From assembly GCF_009914755.1 (NCBI RefSeq), contig NC_060934.1: 64,000 bases of DNA, one strand, 5' to 3'. The translations under genes were made by a program, and so were the position numbers. The notes beneath the pieces are model-generated. The model was not told where the DNA came from. It saw only the letters and a list, made by a program, of their open reading frames with translations, and made no database searches. This stretch comes from the human T2T-CHM13v2.0 reference genome, Homo sapiens. Shown here piece after piece: positions 45,431 to 63,066 of this stretch. Position 1 is the stretch's first letter; each line of letters opens with the position of its first letter.

Positions 45431-46251
45431 AAATGAAATGCATATGGGCAAACTATAAAATATTTTTGAAGCAAATATGTACAAAGCATATCAGACTTAT
45501 TTGTTAGAATACTCTAGTACTTGAATATTTCTGTTGTAACATAAATGATATCAACATTTCAGGGAATCAAAGTTCAGTGTGGATATTTTAGCATAGTACA
45601 TAAGAAAATTAAACACTGCTCTCTGGGAATATATTTGTTTAATGTTAACTGGTATCAACTGAGTGTCTTTGTAACCTAGGACCTTGGAAAAAGAATAGTT
45701 GCCATTTTCAGGATTGGGGAGAAAAGATGAGATCTGTTCTACACCCTGGGCTTATGTTTTATTATCTGCTTTACTTCTTGGAAAAGATATGAGAAGACAC
45801 TAACTACTGGTAATTTGTAGATACAGAGAGATATGTTCCTCTTTTTTAAGAGAGAAGATGATGAAATTCTTAAATTATGGACAAAATGGCCAGGAGTGTC
45901 TAATTTCATTAACCAAGAGGGGGTAGTTGGAGCTTCTAGGGTGGCAAAGAAAGTTTGCACTGTTGTTTTCCCTATCACTATGACGAGCCTCAGGATGGGC
46001 TAAGTATTAGTGGTGCCAGGATCAGAGCTTCTGAAATATGTTCAAACTTATTAGAGCAAAAAAGTCTGAAACTGGGAGCAAAGAATTCAAAAATCCTGGG
46101 AATATAAGAGAAGAGGTCTCACAGGTGACCAGAGAGGGGCTGTGGATAAATCCCAACTGGATTTCCAATGAAGGCCTTTTAGCAGAGTGACTAAGACCAT
46201 AGGGCCTGACATTAGAGAGACTTGGATCTCTGCCACTTACCAGCTACATGA

Positions 46252-46679
<428 letters not shown>

Positions 46680-46949
46680 GTGTTTATTTCTTTCTTAACC
46701 TATTCCAGTCATGGCCTGTTTTTATTTCGTTTGTTGATTTTATTTGTGGTCTGTCTTCCCAAAGACAACATAAACTGCATGATGGTAGGAGCTTTGTTGG
46801 ACTCATTCACTGGTATATTTTAAGCACTGGGTACAGTGAAGATATAAGAAAACGAGAAGGTGATTTGAAGACTATTGTCTTTAAGTAGATAAGAGGGGAT
46901 GGAGTCAAGGAGACAAACTGAAAAAAGATGGGAAGGAAGAGGCCGATAG

Positions 46950-47225
46950 TCCAGCACTTCTCCAACTTTAATGTGTGTATGACTCTACTAGGATGTTGTT
47001 AAAATTGCAGATTATAATTTAGTAGGGCTGGGGTGGGGCTTGAGATTCTGAGTGTCTAACAAGCCTCCAGGTGATGTCAAGGCCATGTCACAGGGACCAT
47101 ACATTTAGTAGCATATTCTTGAGAAATTACTGGATCAGACACTGTAGTAGGGATGGGACTGGGAAATTGTGTTTTTAGCTAACTTCTCAGGTGATCATGA
47201 TGTATATCAAAGTGAGAGGACTACT
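46950..47225. mobile_element. MER5-like DNA transposon relics
   Basis: CTTCTCCAACTTTAATGTG...TCTAACAAGCCTCCAGGTGATG; second copy CTCAGGTGATCATGATG. Confidence 0.6.
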
Positions 47226-48634
47226 AGGAATAATAAGAGAGAAAAAAATAGAGATTTTAGGAAGCATAGAGGGGATGGCAGAGTTAGAATCAAGTTAATA
47301 TCAGTTGACTATCAAAAAGGCTAAGATTAATATATGATAAGGCTGAATTGGGGTTCTGAGAGACTCTGAATTTTTATTTGGATCAAGGAAAAACTATGTC
47401 TTTAGCAGTGATTCCAACATTGCTATACTTTGTATTGCTTAAAATGAGAAATTACATATCCCATTCATTTTAACAATTATGTATTCTGATGAGTTTAAGC
47501 TGAGTGCTCTGAACTGATTGGCAAACACTGCACATAAATTGGAAAGCTTTTTAGTACCTGGCACTGCTTTTGTAAAGAACTAACTATGTCTAACAAGTAA
47601 AATTTGCCTCTACTGGAGAAAGCAGTGGCCAGCGTGTATTTAGGCTTCAATAAGATTTTGATTATTTTTAATATTTGCAAATTTGGGCACAAAGTTATCT
47701 TTAGACTGTATTATCAGTTGCTTAATATTAACTGGAAATTTTGGGAAGAGAACAAATTAGGTACTATTTTGTAGGCCTTTGGCCTTGGGCCACTGCTGTA
47801 TACTATTTTTACATGATTTTAATGATGGAAGGAAAGAACAGCAATTAAACTTGCAAAGGTGGCAGAGCTGGTATCTTATGGATAAATCCAAATTCAAATT
47901 GTACTTAAGGCAGTGTAGAAGTGGTCTATTTTTTCACTCCATATAAGTATTTTATTAATGGATTTATTATGCTATATATCCATCATATCCAAAAACAACT
48001 TCGAGCAGACTCAACAAATATTTACAAGTCTACTATGAGAAAGACACCTTGGTAGGCACGGGGTAGAATACAGAGACAGAACAATTGAGTGCGGACTTCA
48101 AGGTGCTTACAACTGCATGAAGAAGATAAGATGAGTACCTGAATAACATACAAGGCCTAAAGAGATATATCCTAGTAGAAATGGCAATGGAAGGCCATGG
48201 AAACTCTAAAGAAGGGAAGGGAGTTTTCATCAGCATGGATTACAGACATGATTCTGGAATTCAGCAACACTATTCAAAATGTAAAATACACATATACTTC
48301 GACTCTGCTGTCATAGAACAATTATAGTACATCCAGGTGCTGATCTAAGTTCTGTGTATCTTGACCCATATATAATTTTGCTGTTCCCTCGTTATGAGAA
48401 AAAAATATCAATGAGCCTATATAAGTGAGGGACCCTGGAGCTTGAGCACCATTAGCTTTATTATAAAAATCTTTCTCTGCTTTCTCTGACTAGAGCTAGA
48501 ATGTATAATTTAGCACCATTTTTAGTGGCAAAAGAGTGAACTAATCAACTTGTTAGTAGAGTATTGATTAAATTATGACATATTTTATAATGGAGTATTA
48601 TGCAGCTGCTAAGAAGGATGAGGGAATTCTATAC

Positions 48635-48760
48635 ATATGTACTGATATAGATACACACATATATATGTATATGTGTATATATATGGTGTGTGTATATATA
48701 CATATATAGATAGATCTATGCATTCATATTGTGTGTGTATGTGTGTGTGTGTGTGTGTGA

Positions 48761-48810
<50 letters not shown>
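48635..48810. repeat. (TA)n/(TG)n microsatellite complex
   Basis: Direct reading. Confidence 0.95.
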
Positions 48811-48811
<1 letters not shown>

Positions 48812-50944
48812 TGCTTATAGGTGCAATGAATGACCCTGAAACCAAATACATTGTTGCCTCTGGGAAATTCAGGGAGGTATGAGTGAGTTTCAATGGTGAA
48901 AGAAGACACACTTTCTAACTTCATATCCTTTGTACGGTTTGAATATTTACCATGTGTACCTATAGAATTTTAGGAAATAAATTTTAAAAGCAGCAACAAC
49001 AATCAAAATGAAGAGCATTTGAGTCAGGCCCTGAGAGAAAAATAGCATGGATGTCTGTTTGGCTGTTGCATAGGGTGATGTTGGGTTCAAATGTCGAAGA
49101 AGCTCTTTCATGGAGGTAATGCAGAAACACCAAGCAGAGGACTCATTTGGCAGTAGCCATAGTTTGCAAATACTCATTTGGCAGCATTGGTGGTTTGCAC
49201 TGGAGTGAGCAGTTTCTGAGCCTGTTACTATTGACCACCAGGAGAGACGTAAACAGGATCTGGACTGTGTTATGCAAGCAAGAGCATAGGCAAAATGATA
49301 GGAGTGGGTGGGAGATTGTGAAGATGGACACATCAGAGTCAGGGACTTCACTGGGTATGGAGAGAAGCTACGTAGAAAATGGTTACGGGAAATTTTGACA
49401 AAATAAGGTTAATTTAGTTAGAGAAAGTAGTGTCTGGTTGTGTGTTCTACATTGTTTTTCTCTGGTGGTTTGTGACGTGTATAAACTGTCTTACACAATT
49501 TTTCTCATTTGGAACGACTCCTGTTGCCATCAGCTCATTCAAGCTTCTTCCTTTTCTCGATGCCTAAGGGAAAGACAGGTCTTCTTTAGGGCCTAGTCTT
49601 TGATAGGAAACCCAGGAGGCATTAACAGAGTTATTCCCTGATCCTGTCTTCTGAAAATATGGAATGACGCAAACAAACAAACAAACAAATAAAAAGACGC
49701 CTCATTGGATAACACACACACAAAATAATAAAGAGGTTCATTGTTCTTCCCCTACCAGCTCCCTCTCTTCCTCCCTCTCTGCTCTTTGGCCATGCCATTG
49801 TGGGTTGGCTGCCATCTTCTCACTCCTACAATGCAGGGCTCACTTCCATCATAGCACTTACCACACTGTTTCACAGATATGTTTACTTGTCTTTCCTCCA
49901 CTAGACGATATATTCCTTGAGGCCAGGAGCTGAGTGTTTTATTTTTATATAACCTGCTCTAGCGCTGTAGGCATTGAGGACCAAAGAGCTTCTCGGCCTC
50001 AAGTGGCTAGAATGATACTGGGGTGAGAATTCTTCTCAATATCAGTGCAGAGCTATGACATTTCAAAAATGTCGAATTGAAACCAGTTGAGGAGAAATAA
50101 GTTCAATTATTTTCTGATTTCTCCTTGGCTTTTTGTGTCTTCAGCAGGCATCTGGTAGTAGCAAGTGTGTGAGGCCCTTCGTAGAGGTCATTCGTGGAGG
50201 TGAATCTTGTTTCCTTTGCTTGGCCCTCTCCCAGTTTTCTTTTGCCTGCACAATTAGGTCATGACCCACTTCTGACAATAATTAGAATCACAGGACACCA
50301 TTTGCAAGATTCAGATAGGAAAATAGAATGGGCTAACACTAAGTTTCACACAAAAATTATTCACAGAGCATTGGGCTTACATTAACTGTCTATACCAGAG
50401 ATGCGAAAAAGGGCCAGTGACAAATTTAGGTCCTGATTTAATCAGGTAGCCTGGAAGGCAGCCAGCATGTCAGGATAGCTCAGAGAGGGTAGTGCATGTT
50501 TTTCCCTCCCTCCCAATCTGCTTGTGGGCGTTCAGACTTCATTCCTAAGCAAGAGCCACTAAGTACTTGAATGCTTTACAAAGCACTTCAAAATTCATTC
50601 TAATCAAGCTTCAGATGTTAACTATGGAAATCGTTGAACCAATGTCAAACGGGGCTCAGAATCATTTCTAGGATTTATTTTCTTCACCTTTGTCCCTTCA
50701 AAAGTCAACTGGGTTTCGCCATACCAAAAGCTTTTATGGCCTGAAAAAGTGAGGATCTGAAATAAATGAGCTTTTGAAGGGTCCTTAGCATTTGGAAATG
50801 TTCTGAGCAGGAAGTAGGCACCTTCCCACACAATACAGACAGCAAAGTTATGGAGTCCACAGAAAGAGGATGGCCTGGCCTTGAGGCCCACAGTGTGGGT
50901 GTAGGCTCACCCACTGAGTTCTCTTAGGCTTAGGGCAAGTTGAT

Positions 50945-53877
<2,933 letters not shown>

Positions 53878-55149
53878 AAGGGCAAGTTGATTTTCTTCTC
53901 ACCAAACCTCCCTCAGGTCTTCAAACCCTCAATCTTGTGCCTGCTCTACTGTTCTCTCAGAGCTCATCACTGCTTGCAAATAGATTAGTAGTTCAACTCA
54001 TCAAGCATCCTTACAATCAACTGGATAAGCACACACAAGTCCAGAAAAATGAACTGAAAAGTCCTTCAGGTTCAGTTATTATCTTTTCACTTCTATGGAA
54101 TCCACAGGTGGCGTAGAAGTGGCTCTGCTTCTTTCTCCGCTAGTTTTTCCAACCCACAGTGAGTGTGGGCCACTCACAATCCCTATCCCACAGGGCGCTT
54201 TCAGTTAACTACTTTTGCCAATGTCACTAGGGGAAAATTCTTGCTTTTTTTTTTTTCATGCTTTTACATTTCTACCTCCTCTTCTCTTGCCCTGCCTCTT
54301 TTCTGGTGTCAACTGTCAGTCATTCAGTTTCATCTTTTCTATGCAGTGTGGACCCGGGTGAAGGACGTACTGAGGAAGATGCTCAGATTCCAGGTGTAGC
54401 TTGACAATCAGACGTGGCACTCTGCTATGATGGCCAACATCATAGAGTTGCTTCCTTGTGTCCTATTCTTTCTTTACTTTGAGTTTCCTTACCAAATGCC
54501 TCTTTTTGCTCTCTAGGCCTTTGGATGTACTGGTCCCCAAGATGCAGGGAGTGGGTTGGGAGTGAGGATAGGTTCCTTCTCCCAGTACACATGTGGACCT
54601 GTCTCCTTGGCTACTCCTCCATATGTAAGATATATATTTTCTGAGTCTCATTCTTTGGAAGTTATATCTGAGAATATGAATATAGAGACTATAGACTAAA
54701 ATAACTAAAGAAAGGACTAGATCTGACATTTTTGAAATATATGATTGGGTCAATATATTCATGGGCTATGATATAAGATTTTGCTTTGGCTGTCAAGCTG
54801 ACTGTTCTGGGTCTCATTCCCTCAAGTCTCTGCTGGTAACAGATCACCTTATTTATGTTTAATGAATGGATGTCATTTTATTAATTCTTAATGTCTTACT
54901 GATTTATCCAGCAGACTAATATATTTTCATTTGAGGAAAGACTTTGATACTTTAATATAAAACCTAAAGGTGAAATATCAGAATTAAATGGCAATTTGAT
55001 GAAGGATTCAATCAAACTTGAAATTTTGTTCCAGTTTTGGCATTTACTAGCCATGTTACCTTGAGTATCTCATTTAACAGCCTCAGTTGCCTCAGATTTC
55101 AAACATGAGATAGCAATAGCTGTGTTCTGTGATTTAAAATATGTGTAAT

Positions 55150-55480
55150 CCAGTGCTTATCAAAGTTTAGTGTGAAGACTCATCTGGACAATATGTTAAA
55201 ACCCAAGATTCCTGGGCCTTGTGGCTAGGACAGATTCTGATTGGTAGGTCTGGGTAGTGCCTGAGAAAATTTGCATTTCTAATAAGACCTCAGATGATGC
55301 TGATAGTGGACCACACTTTGAATAACACTAGCATGATAACAAGTTAGCGGTTCTTGTACCTGGCTGTGAAACAGGATCATGTGCTTGTCTATAATGCATA
55401 ATCTTAGGCTCCATTTCTGGTGAATGTGATTCTATAATCTTGGGAGGAGCCAGGAAATCTTTTAAAACCCCCAGGAAATT
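55150..55480. mobile_element. MER5A/MER5B-like relics
   Basis: CAGATTCTGATTGGTAGGTCTGGG...TTGCATTTCTAATAAG...GGACCACACTTTGAATAACACT. Confidence 0.7.
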
Positions 55481-55702
55481 ATTTGTTGTTGTTTATATCC
55501 TCAATTATATTGTTTTTTAAAAATAATTTTAGACTTGCAGAAATGTTTCCAAAATTGTAGAGAGTTTATGTATCACCTCATCCACCTTCCCCTGATGTTA
55601 ACCATTTATATCATCCCAATACAATAATAAAAATTGGAAAATTAACATTGGTGCAATATTGTTAACTATTCACTCCTCAGGAAATTCTGACATGACTAGT
55701 CT

Positions 55703-56181
55703 TTGGCAGACTGAATAACAGCCCCTGAAGATGTCCACATCCTGATCCCAGAACCTGTGTATGTCAACTTGTACAGCAAAATAGACTTTGTAGATGTGAC
55801 TAAATTAGGAATCATGAGATGCAGACATTGCTTGGATCATCCAGGTGACTGGGTGTAATCACAATGGTCCTTATAATCATAACGGACACAGGAAGAGTTA
55901 GCATCAGAGAAGAAGCAATGTGATAATGGAAGTGGAAGGAGAAAAGGCATTGTGATATAGCCTATGAGCCAAGAAATGAGGACAGCCTCAAAAAGCTGGA
56001 AAAGTCAAGTGAAGAGTTTATTTCTCAGAGCTTCAAGAAGGAGCCAGCCCTATCTCAACGCCTTGACTTTAGCTATGGGAGAATCATGTTAGATTTCTGG
56101 CTTCCTAAATGGTAAGAGAATAAATGTGTATTGTTTTAAGCCACTAAGTCATTTTTATAGAAACAGAAGGAAACTAATACA
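55703..56181 (+). mobile_element. MLT1C/D-type MaLR LTR
   Basis: GGCAGACTGAATAACAGCCCC..AGATGTCCACATCCTGATCCC...AATAAATGTGTATTGTTTTAAGCCACTAAG...GAAACTAATACA. Confidence 0.85.
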
Positions 56182-59100
56182 CAGTGTATGGATAGTGTTT
56201 GAGGACCACTAAGCCTGGCCAGTTTTGTTGAAGAAATTACATAAGACAGGCAATATGAAAATGATGAGACTCATATTAACGTATATATAGTAGGGGCTCA
56301 AGAAAAGGTATTTGGCTACCAAAAACAACAAAGGCAGCAATAAGAAAACTACATACTTGCCTAATTTCTGGGGTTACGTTTTCTGAGACAGTGTATTATC
56401 TTAATTAGGTAAAATTGACAAAGATAACTGTCCTGGAATGTTATAGATGGTCCTTGTTTTGCTCTCTCTACACCTTCCTACAAAGGAATTGGTTTGATTC
56501 TTGAGGGCTTCCAGGTACCTCCTTCAGTTGTTTATGTTTTCCTTATCTTTACTGAGAATGGTATTGCTATTATTTAACACACACATACCCCATTTAGAGC
56601 TTTGCATTGTTTGGTACACCTTATTTTGAAAAAGAGCTTTTAAAAATAGTGTTTTCTTATTGATTCATATTATCTTTTTGATCTCTATTTATAACTTATT
56701 TTCCTTTTCACTATTCATTTTAATCTGAGATATTGTATTACCTTTTATTTGTTTAAATTTTTTATTTTTCTTTCTCTATATTGAATTTTGTCCCAATTCC
56801 TGTTTTCTTTTTAATGATAATCTTTTTTGCACTTATTTTGTTCAGTGTATTTTTCTACCAACCACTTTAGCCTACAATTAACTTATTATCTTTGTGTTGA
56901 TATAGCTCTTGTTTATATTTTCCTTTTATTTTATTTATAATTTTGTAACTTATTTTTATAATTGTAGCAGGAAGTCTGGTCTTTGGTGGATAGGAGAGCA
57001 AGTCCACTATAAAAGGAACAATTGTGGGCCTCTTTCTCTCCAGCCAACTCTGCAAGTCTTGTTCTTAATAAAGGTCATATTCTACTCAATGTTGATTCTC
57101 AAACACACACACCTTTCTGAGTATATGTTGGAGACACTTTTGAAGGACAGTCATAGCTCTCCTTGAAAAATGGCAGTGAGAAATGAAAGTGTTTTCTCAT
57201 GTCATGAATGACCGCCACTTATTCTAAAGTCCTTGGGAAAGGTGTGCACCTGCAGGGGGTGGGCAGCCAGTATACTCACGGCTGCCTCATGGAGGACCGA
57301 TTTGGTTCCCTCGATACCTTCCAGGACCAAAATTATTTTCTTTGATAGGGCTGGAAGTTATTGGAAAGTTCCAGATGTTCTTTGAAAGCTGAAGTTGTTC
57401 TTCTAAATTTTAGTTTCACAAGTCTTTATGAAATCTAGGTTTCTGAAGATACACTTCTTTACATTGAAGATTTTGAGACTCAGTCAGCTTTCTTGGTTAT
57501 GATAAACAAAAATGGGTCCTGGTTAACCAAAACCAAAAAAATAATTTACCTGGAATATATTGGGATAGCACCCAAAGATATTGGAAAATTGAAGAACCAG
57601 GTTCAAAACATAGGCAGGACCAAGGGAGACTGCCCATCAAGAATTCTTATTCAAGTTCACACCATAAAAACAGTCTGGTTAAGAAGCCACAATTAGTGGT
57701 ACCTTCACTTCTCCATCAAGGCTAAGGAGTTTCCCATCAATAACTTTATAACTGCATTGGCATCCCTATTTTACACCCTCTAAGATCCAAAATCCTGTCC
57801 AGGAACATTCAACTGGCCAGTTCTTAGTCATTTTCTCTTACTCTGGCTGCTAAGGATAGCAAGGGGGAAAATCTCTCTTTGACTTTTATGGTGGGAGGCA
57901 GATTCCTAATGTAGAAAGAGTGTTAACAATAATGGTCAGTTTAAGTATTGCAGGTGTACACCATAGATGTCCCTTCCACCAATTGTGGTATAAAGGCAGC
58001 AGATGTTTAGGGTAGGTTCACCTCTGGGCTTTACAAGCCACACCATACAAGCAGCTATCTACTTTGGCTATACGTCTGCCTTCTTGGAGTATCCCTTTTT
58101 GAAGTCTCTCTTCTGTTGATCCTTAAAATAATTTACTTAACAATGGGACAATTTTCATTGCTTTTCTCTCTTTTTTTGTATAGGATCATATATTCTTAAA
58201 GCTGGTAGGGGTCTTAGAGATAATGGTATCAATTCAATAAGGATATGTTTTTACCTATAAGTAATGGAATACCCAAATAAAAAATAGCTTATATAATGAG
58301 ACATTGTTTATTGACTTCTAGGGCTGATGATTCAGCAGCTAAAATATTTGGCAGCACTCTGGGTCAGATTCTGTATAATCTTAGCTATGTCATGGTTTGC
58401 ATGATGGCTTTCACAGTTGCAGGCATGAAAACTTCCAAAGGCATGTAGTTAGGAAGGAAATTTATTTTCAATAGCAATGAAAACCTTTCCCAGAGTGCCC
58501 CAGGCAGAATGATCGGTTTCATTGTATAAGACTGGTTAGGTGCCCATGTCCTAGCTGCAGGGGAAGCTAAAGAAATGAAAATAATTATGTTTATTTTCTA
58601 TAGTAGGAGATGAGCTATAACAGCAAGAAACAAGCGGAGAGAATAACTCCTGGAACCAACAGTGTTTGCTTTAGCATCCAACCCAGTGCTTGACTTTTGA
58701 GAAATGAGCCCCATAAGAGTTAGGCAATTGCCCAAACTCACAAGATTAGTCAATGATAGATCCAGTAATGGAGTTGGTAAACTTAATTGAGCACTCCTTC
58801 TATTTTGTTTACCATTCTTCTAACATTCAGTTCATTCCTATTCATCCAAAAAGTTGTTTCTGAAGGACAAAAATTAGAATTTACTTTTCAAGTTGTCTGT
58901 GTCATCAAAGTCATCTTTATGAAATGAGGTGTGTAATATAATCCCATTGGCTAGTTGAATTTATGGAATGTTGGAGCATTTCATAAGGGAGTTTTTATCA
59001 GGGCAGATTTTATTTTATATCTTCCATGGCACAGTTTCTTGGACCACTATGTATTGTGTGCAAGTGAGCAATTTGCCCATCTGTAGTAAAATGTTTTGTT

Positions 59101-59340
59101 TTCTCTGAACAGCTAAGATTAGGGATAACATATTGGGAGGAGGAAGAGAAAGAGAAAAACAAAGAGAGAAAGAGCTGTAAAGAGATCAGGTAAGTATAGA
59201 AAATATATCAGATTATATTTTGAGGCAGGGCCAGTCCAATCTTCTAAGTTGAAGACTGGGCAATCCAGAGGCCCCTGGGCTCCTTTCTGGCTATGTTTTT
59301 GAAGGGCATTTAGAACATCTCATCCTTTTTGCCCACTTGT

Positions 59341-59468
59341 CTCTATGATACACAGTGTTCCAGCCACAGTGCTCCATGACAGATGGAGATAGTTTGAGTA
59401 CCCTCTATGATACACAGTGTTCCAGCCACAGTGCTCCATGACAGATGGAGATAGTTTGAGTACCCTCT
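59341..59468. repeat. Perfect 62-bp tandem duplication
   Basis: 59341-59402 identical to 59403-59464, followed by CTCT. Confidence 0.96.
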
Positions 59469-59633
59469 TATCATGATTGCTTTAGAAGTGGGCAATTATA
59501 GCCACTAGAGCATCTATGTAGATTTTATTTTGTTTCAGTGCTAACTAGGTTCTGAAGGTTGAGGACCTAAAATGAAGGAGAATACAAAAGATGTGGAAAG
59601 CAAGCAAACAAATTTATAATGAATTTCAAATTA

Positions 59634-59666
<33 letters not shown>

Positions 59667-59667
59667 T
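59634..59667. repeat. (TAA)n microsatellite
   Basis: Direct reading. Confidence 0.95.
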
Positions 59668-60749
59668 GGAAAGGAGGAAGAGAGGAACGGCTGAACATGT
59701 GAAAACCTACAGATATATTATGGTAGGATACAGAGTCTGGGTCTGTTAAAGATATGTTATTGCCTGTTCTTATACACAGAGTTTTTAAAACTTCTGCCCT
59801 ATCTAGATCCCGCTTAGACAGCCCTATCTACTTTGCTACCTTGGTACTTTCTGGGCTCAGATGATTGGGCTAAGAGGAATGCCTTACGCAATATTTGCCT
59901 ATGCATTAATCTGCAAATTTTGTAGCCTGGCTTGAAGAGATGAGCTGGATTAATTAGACTCTGACTCACATACTTTCCCCCAGTTTCTCTCCCTTCTTCA
60001 GATTTGAATTGAGGGACCAAGATTGATACTAGTTAGTGAGGGGTAGAAGGGCTAGAACTTTATGATATGGAGGCAGGACTGCTGGCTACATTGAGCCATG
60101 TGCAAGGTGAATGAGAAGAATCAGCTCATTGAGAAAGGCAGATGCACCAAGCTCAGAGAGAAGTAGAAGTTAGAAACCTTGCGAGAGAAAGAGAGGGATG
60201 GGAGAACCATAACTCCCTTTGATTTTTCTAGTTTCCAGTAAAAATGCCACTGAATTCCCATCTATTCTTCATTTTCTGTCCTTGGTCCACGAAATACCTG
60301 CATTCTCACCATTAACCCTACTTTGTATTTATGTTAGTATATTTCTGCTTTTTGTAAACATAAGAGATTTAACACATCAAGTATCCATATGCCCCACACT
60401 GTGAAAGTTCATTGCTAGAAGCTTTAGCCTGAGCTAAATTTTGTCCTCTCCCAAGGTCCTCTTTAAAAAGTTATATTCCTTTAAAGGCAATACTCCTATA
60501 TCATTGCATATCTTCTACAATGGTAAATTCTTAGTCTATTGGGGAAAGTGAATTGTAGGTGAAGGTGAAGAGAGTAAAAGGAGAGGTTAGTAGTCAAACA
60601 GTAGCTACATTTTAGAGAAGAGCTTTCTGAGAGAGTAAAGCACTGAAAAGAAAAAGAAGAGTTGATGGATTTCAGAGGCAAATGATGATGACTTTCATTG
60701 TAAGTAGAGGCACTGATTAGAATCAGCAATCTTTAAGACTGAATTATTC

Positions 60750-60876
60750 TAATGGGCACTAAGCTGAATACCTGGTAGATACAATAATCTGCACAACAAA
60801 CCCCCATGACACAAGTTTAGCAATGTAACACAACCTGCACTTGTACCCCTGAACTTAAAATAAAAGTTAAAAAAAG
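60750..60876 (+). mobile_element. Very short 5'-truncated L1PA 3' end with TSD
   Basis: AATCTGCACAACAAACCCCCATGACACAAG...GAACTTAAAATAAAAGTT; TSD AAGACTGAATTA/AAGACTGAGTTA. Confidence 0.82.
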
Positions 60877-63066
60877 ACTGAGTTACTGTCTTGACAACAG
60901 GAATGGAGTCAACCTAATAACTTCAGATCCTAGCACAGTGCTTGGCCTCTAGTAACAGTCAACAATTATCAAAAATAATTGAAAATGGAGAAAACAATGA
61001 AGGGGGATATAGTCAACACTGATGCATCATATGAGATCCCTGGAGGACTTTAATAAAACAAGACCCCAGGGGCTATCTCATGTTTTATTTTCCTCCTTTT
61101 TATAATGAGCAAAGTTTGAATAGCAAGGGAAAACTCTACAGAATGTTAAATCACAGACCAAGGACTTTCTACCTGAAAAATATTTTTTAACCATTTAAGT
61201 AAGCTGATATTTAAAAAGAATTTGCTTTTTTCTTCTATTTCCTCTACCTTTAGCATACAGAGAAGACAAGGTGGCCTCTCAGAACAAAGAATTAATCTAG
61301 GTTGCCCTGCAAATGACATAGTAGTAATTACAATTTTTTTAGAGCTATGGTGTTCTTTGCTTATAAAACCTTTGATCTAGGCTGAGAAAAGGTAGCAACA
61401 AGTTTTAGTAGTATTATTAGCTCCTCAGCGCAATCTCATGTTCTAAAATTATGGTTCTAAAATTACTAGTAGAGAATTTAGGACACTGATGAGATTTCAG
61501 GTCATTCTTCCCTCCCTGATTTAGAATTCTTTCTTTAAGAAATACCAGCAGCACAGATTTCTGAAGGGAGAAGACATTTTTGGCTGAACTTCAGGTATGG
61601 GTGTGCAAGAAATGAGCTCTACTTTCTATAAAAATAACGTTTATGTCTGTCCAAAAATCAGTCTTATTTATGTCTCTTTACTGAACCAGAGCCATTCATT
61701 TTGAGAATGTGAGCTCAAAATTATATGAAGGAATATGTGAGGAAATAAAAGAAAGCTACAATACCTCAGCCAAACCAGGTTGATTATTAACAATCTACCC
61801 CATGATGACACACATGACTGCAGAAGTTTGGATGTGATATACTATTAAAAACATATCTGGGCCAAAAAAAGAGAATATATTTTATAAATGATATAATTTT
61901 ATTGATTTTCAAAGAGGATTTCAACTTCAAAAATATATCTAGATTGGGGATGGTGATGGAGGTATGGGGGAAGGAAGCATGCCATTGAAGAAGATAAAAT
62001 GAATAAAAGGATAGTCTTTGAAATCCCTCAGTGTTACAGGCCCTCAAGCTCTTCAGCTTCCAGAGACTTTTTCCTGATTCCAAATTCTCTGTGATCCAGG
62101 GAGCCCAGGCATTTTTAGGCTACACTCTTTATGGGGACAGAAAAGACAGGATTGGTGAGGTAGTTCAGGGCCACTAAAGAGATGTGAGATGATAGGGTAG
62201 CAACATCAGAGGTTCAGACTACTTCAAAGGCTAGGATGGTAGTGTGAGCAGCTTAGGTGAGTTGTTTCAGTACATCTATTCTTTGTGGAAGGATGGTGGA
62301 AAGATAAGAAGGGTAGCTGATCATGGCTAGTTTCTCCGTTTTCTACCCCAAGAGTAAAAGGAGAATGGAAGACATTGATATATTAGGCTGAATTGTAGCA
62401 GGATTTGGCCATCATCTTAGCTAAACTATACAGAAATCTTAAAGCTTTTTGGAATTACCGTATCACAAGCTTAATTTTTAATACAATCATTTCTGTAGCT
62501 AATGAAAAACATTCACAGTTTGTTTTTGGCTTAGCCACTGGGGAATTTCTCAGCATGTGTACGCATTGGTCAGGTAGCAACAAACCTGCTGACACTGAGT
62601 GATGTCCACACTAAAGGCATGTATCTTCAGTTAACTCTTGTTCAAGAACCAGCTGTTTCATCTCATGATTTAGTTGTGACTCTGATGTCAGGCTTTGATT
62701 TTAGATAAAAAAAACTATCTAGACATCTATGAAGCTTTTCTTTGGCATCTTTGGCTTTTGCTTTTGATGTCTTCTATAGGACTTTTAGTCACAAAAAGAA
62801 TTCACTTGAAAAACTACTTTTACCAAGATGAAGGATGACTTTATGAATGTTTTCTTCTGGGAATATTTGAATCTTTAATAAATGTACAGGGACAAAGAAA
62901 TCTAGTTGAATAAATAGAATTTCAAACTCATGCAAGTTCATAAATTCATGGCATATATAACCCAACAGCTGCTCTGATAACCTGTGAAGCTCACTTTATG
63001 TTGCTGTTGTTTTCTTGGAAGGGTGGAGGAATTACTAAGGGAAAAGAAAATTTGTTAAACACTTAC

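Noticed and set aside
54100-54118. CTCF-like motif TCCACAGGTGGCG (also CTCCTAGAGGGCAG at ~35814)
   Set aside because: Mismatches at conserved 5' core positions; cannot be supported without ChIP data
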